Part shown: positions 62,069 to 64,000 of the stretch, in pieces
How the letters are laid out: every line of letters begins with the position of its first letter
Numbering within the stretch: the stretch's first letter is position 1
Assembly: GCA_963668175.1 (NCBI GenBank)
Contig: OY764159.1
Location: forward strand, 2,144,001-2,208,000
Source: Syntrophales bacterium
Lineage (GTDB): Bacteria; Desulfobacterota; Syntrophia; Syntrophales; PHBD01
DNA length: 64,000 nucleotides
Direction: 5' to 3'
Notes under the pieces: model-generated
The model's input: only the letters and a program-made list of their open reading frames with translations
Database searches by the model: none
Told to the model about the DNA's origin: nothing
Position numbers and translations under genes: made by a program

Positions 62069-63355
62069 TTACGTACCGTGCTCGCCGATGATCGGCAGTC
62101 TGATGGTGAATGTCGTGCCGCGCCCCGGTTCGCTCTGCACGTCGATGTTGCCCTCGTGGCTTTCGATGATGCGATACACGATGGATAATCCCATCCCCAG
62201 GCCCTTGCCGACATCCCGCGTGGTGAAGAACGGATTGAATATGTCCTTGATGACGTCCGCCGGGATGCCCACGCCGTCGTCCGAAATCGCGATATTGATG
62301 AAATTGTCCACCGCTTCGGTCGTTATGGCGATGGTCCCGTCGGGCTTTATCGCCTGGCTTGCGTTGAGGATCAGGTTGAGAAACAGCTGCCTCAATTGCC
62401 TGGGATTCGCGAACGTCATCGGGATGCTGCCGAGGTTGTCGACGACGCGGCCTTTCTTGCGGAGTTCCTCATCGAGCAGCACCAGGGCCGTTTTTATCTC
62501 CACATTCACGTCGACCATGCTGTGCTCGCTTGCGCTGGACTGGGCGAACTCCCGCAGCCTGGAGACGATGTCCTTGATCCGGTTCAGGCCGCTCACCGAA
62601 TCCTCGATGACTTCCGGCAGGTCGGATTTCAGGTAACGGTAATCGTCGCTGCGTATGATGTCCTGCAGCCCCTCGAGGATGCCGTGCGGCCCCGACTCCC
62701 CTTGCGCGGTGGCCGTCACCAGCTTCTCCATCGCGTCGATATAGCCGACAAGATCGGCGACATACTGCCGCATAGTGCCCAGGTTGCTCAAGATGAAGGC
62801 CGCCGGATTGTTGATCTCATGGGCCACTCCTGCGGCAAGATGGCCGATGCCCGCCAGCTTTTCGGCGCGGACGAGCTGGTTCTGGGCCTGCTTCAGCTTT
62901 TCCATCGCTTCTTTCAGATCGTCCAGCGCCTTTTCCCTGTCCTCGACGATTCTGCACAGCTCGATTCCCGCGACGATTTCCCCTTCCTTATTCCGGAGGA
63001 CGGACGCGATATTCTCGAAACGGAAGGGAATGCCGTCTTTCGTGATTCCTACCCGCAGCGCCTTGGATATGTGTCCGGTCCGATAGGACTCGACGATCGG
63101 ACAGCCTTCGCATACGGCGTCCCGCTTCTCGTAGATCTTGTAGCAGTGCTCCCCGACGTGCGCTCCGAAGTTGTCGATCATGAACCGGTTCTGGTAGACG
63201 ATCCTCATGTCCCGGTCCTGGATGCTGAGGCCGTCTCCCAAAGATTCCATGATGTTGTCCAGGATGCCCGCCGGGTTTTCCAATAATTCTTTGGCCGCAT
63301 TGAAGCAGTCGTTCCGGTCCGTCTCGCTCAGCAGGCACTCGATATGCTTACTCAT
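62069..63355 (-). CDS. PAS-domain sensor histidine kinase (cytoplasmic)
   Basis: PAS domain with CY...C..CP. AHEINNP, PFFTTR and GLGMGL motifs. Confidence 0.92.
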   Translation of the reverse strand: MSKHIECLLSETDRNDCFNAAKELLENPAGILDNIMESLGDGLSIQDRDMRIVYQNRFMIDNFGAHVGEHCYKIYEKRDAVCEGCPIVESYRTGHISKALRVGITKDGIPFRFENIASVLRNKEGEIVAGIELCRIVEDREKALDDLKEAMEKLKQAQNQLVRAEKLAGIGHLAAGVAHEINNPAAFILSNLGTMRQYVADLVGYIDAMEKLVTATAQGESGPHGILEGLQDIIRSDDYRYLKSDLPEVIEDSVSGLNRIKDIVSRLREFAQSSASEHSMVDVNVEIKTALVLLDEELRKKGRVVDNLGSIPMTFANPRQLRQLFLNLILNASQAIKPDGTIAITTEAVDNFINIAISDDGVGIPADVIKDIFNPFFTTRDVGKGLGMGLSIVYRIIESHEGNIDVQSEPGRGTTFTIRLPIIGEHGT

Positions 63356-63777
63356 GGGTTTCGTTCCTCCTGGAATACAGGCCGGGCGGCGGATAAAATA
63401 AGGAAGACCGCAGGTTAACATGCGCAGCCCGGATTGCCGTACGATTGACTGGAATCGTCTCGTCGACGATATTCAAACGTGATTTAAAAAATAAGCAAAT
63501 TCTATTCCCGAACCAGGACCCGGACATTTGATTCCGGGGGCGGCATCCTGGACGGGAACCACGCGTCCGGACCGCATGCCATACGCGCCCGGCCCGGAAA
63601 ATCGTCTGAAATGACAAGGCCGGACAGGCTTTTCCGTCGATCCGTGCCGTCATAGGCGGACTCGGCGATTATTCTTTATAATCGCGTATCTGTGACGGAT
63701 AGTTCTTCAGGGAGATCGTCGCGGAGGCGGATGCGGCCGGGGCTGGATGCGGACCGGGGGGCGGCGGGACCGAAGAT

Positions 63778-63817
63778 AAAAAAGAGGCGCCGGGACGGTC
63801 CGGTCCCCGGCGCCTTC
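63778..63817 (-). terminator. Intrinsic terminator
   Basis: AGGCGCCGGG...CCCGGCGCCT stem with a T-tract on the - strand. Confidence 0.75.
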
Positions 63818-63843
63818 TTATAAACGGCGTATCTTAAAACGGT

Positions 63844-64000
<157 letters not shown>

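Overview
Bacterial chromosomal window with a GC-rich backbone and AT-rich accessory patches. Gene content suggests an anaerobic Desulfobacterota/Syntrophales-like organism (inference only): PEP-CTERM proteins with sigma-54 promoters, PAS/HAMP kinases, HD-GYP, a flavocytochrome c-type gene and katG with a Fur/PerR regulator. Two accessory regions stand out. (1) 1-9.5 kb: three genes share a near-identical ~105-aa C-terminal domain but have different N-terminal cell-wall-related parts (LysM; two divergent lytic transglycosylases). The two complete ones are each preceded by secreted-protein genes. This looks like a polymorphic effector/immunity system with a C-terminal export tag, including a tandem pair of immunity-like paralogs each led by a relic of the effector 5' end. 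An IS2-like IS3-family element interrupts an AT-rich gene within this region. (2) 24.0-27.6 kb: an array of ~79-bp palindromic repeats, neither attC nor CRISPR, separates single co-oriented cargo genes like integron cassettes. One slot holds a diverged 484-bp copy of the neighbouring moxR 5' end. The rest is metabolic, signalling and surface genes. I recognised no rRNA, tRNA or CRISPR array. All family calls come from motif recognition, not database searches.
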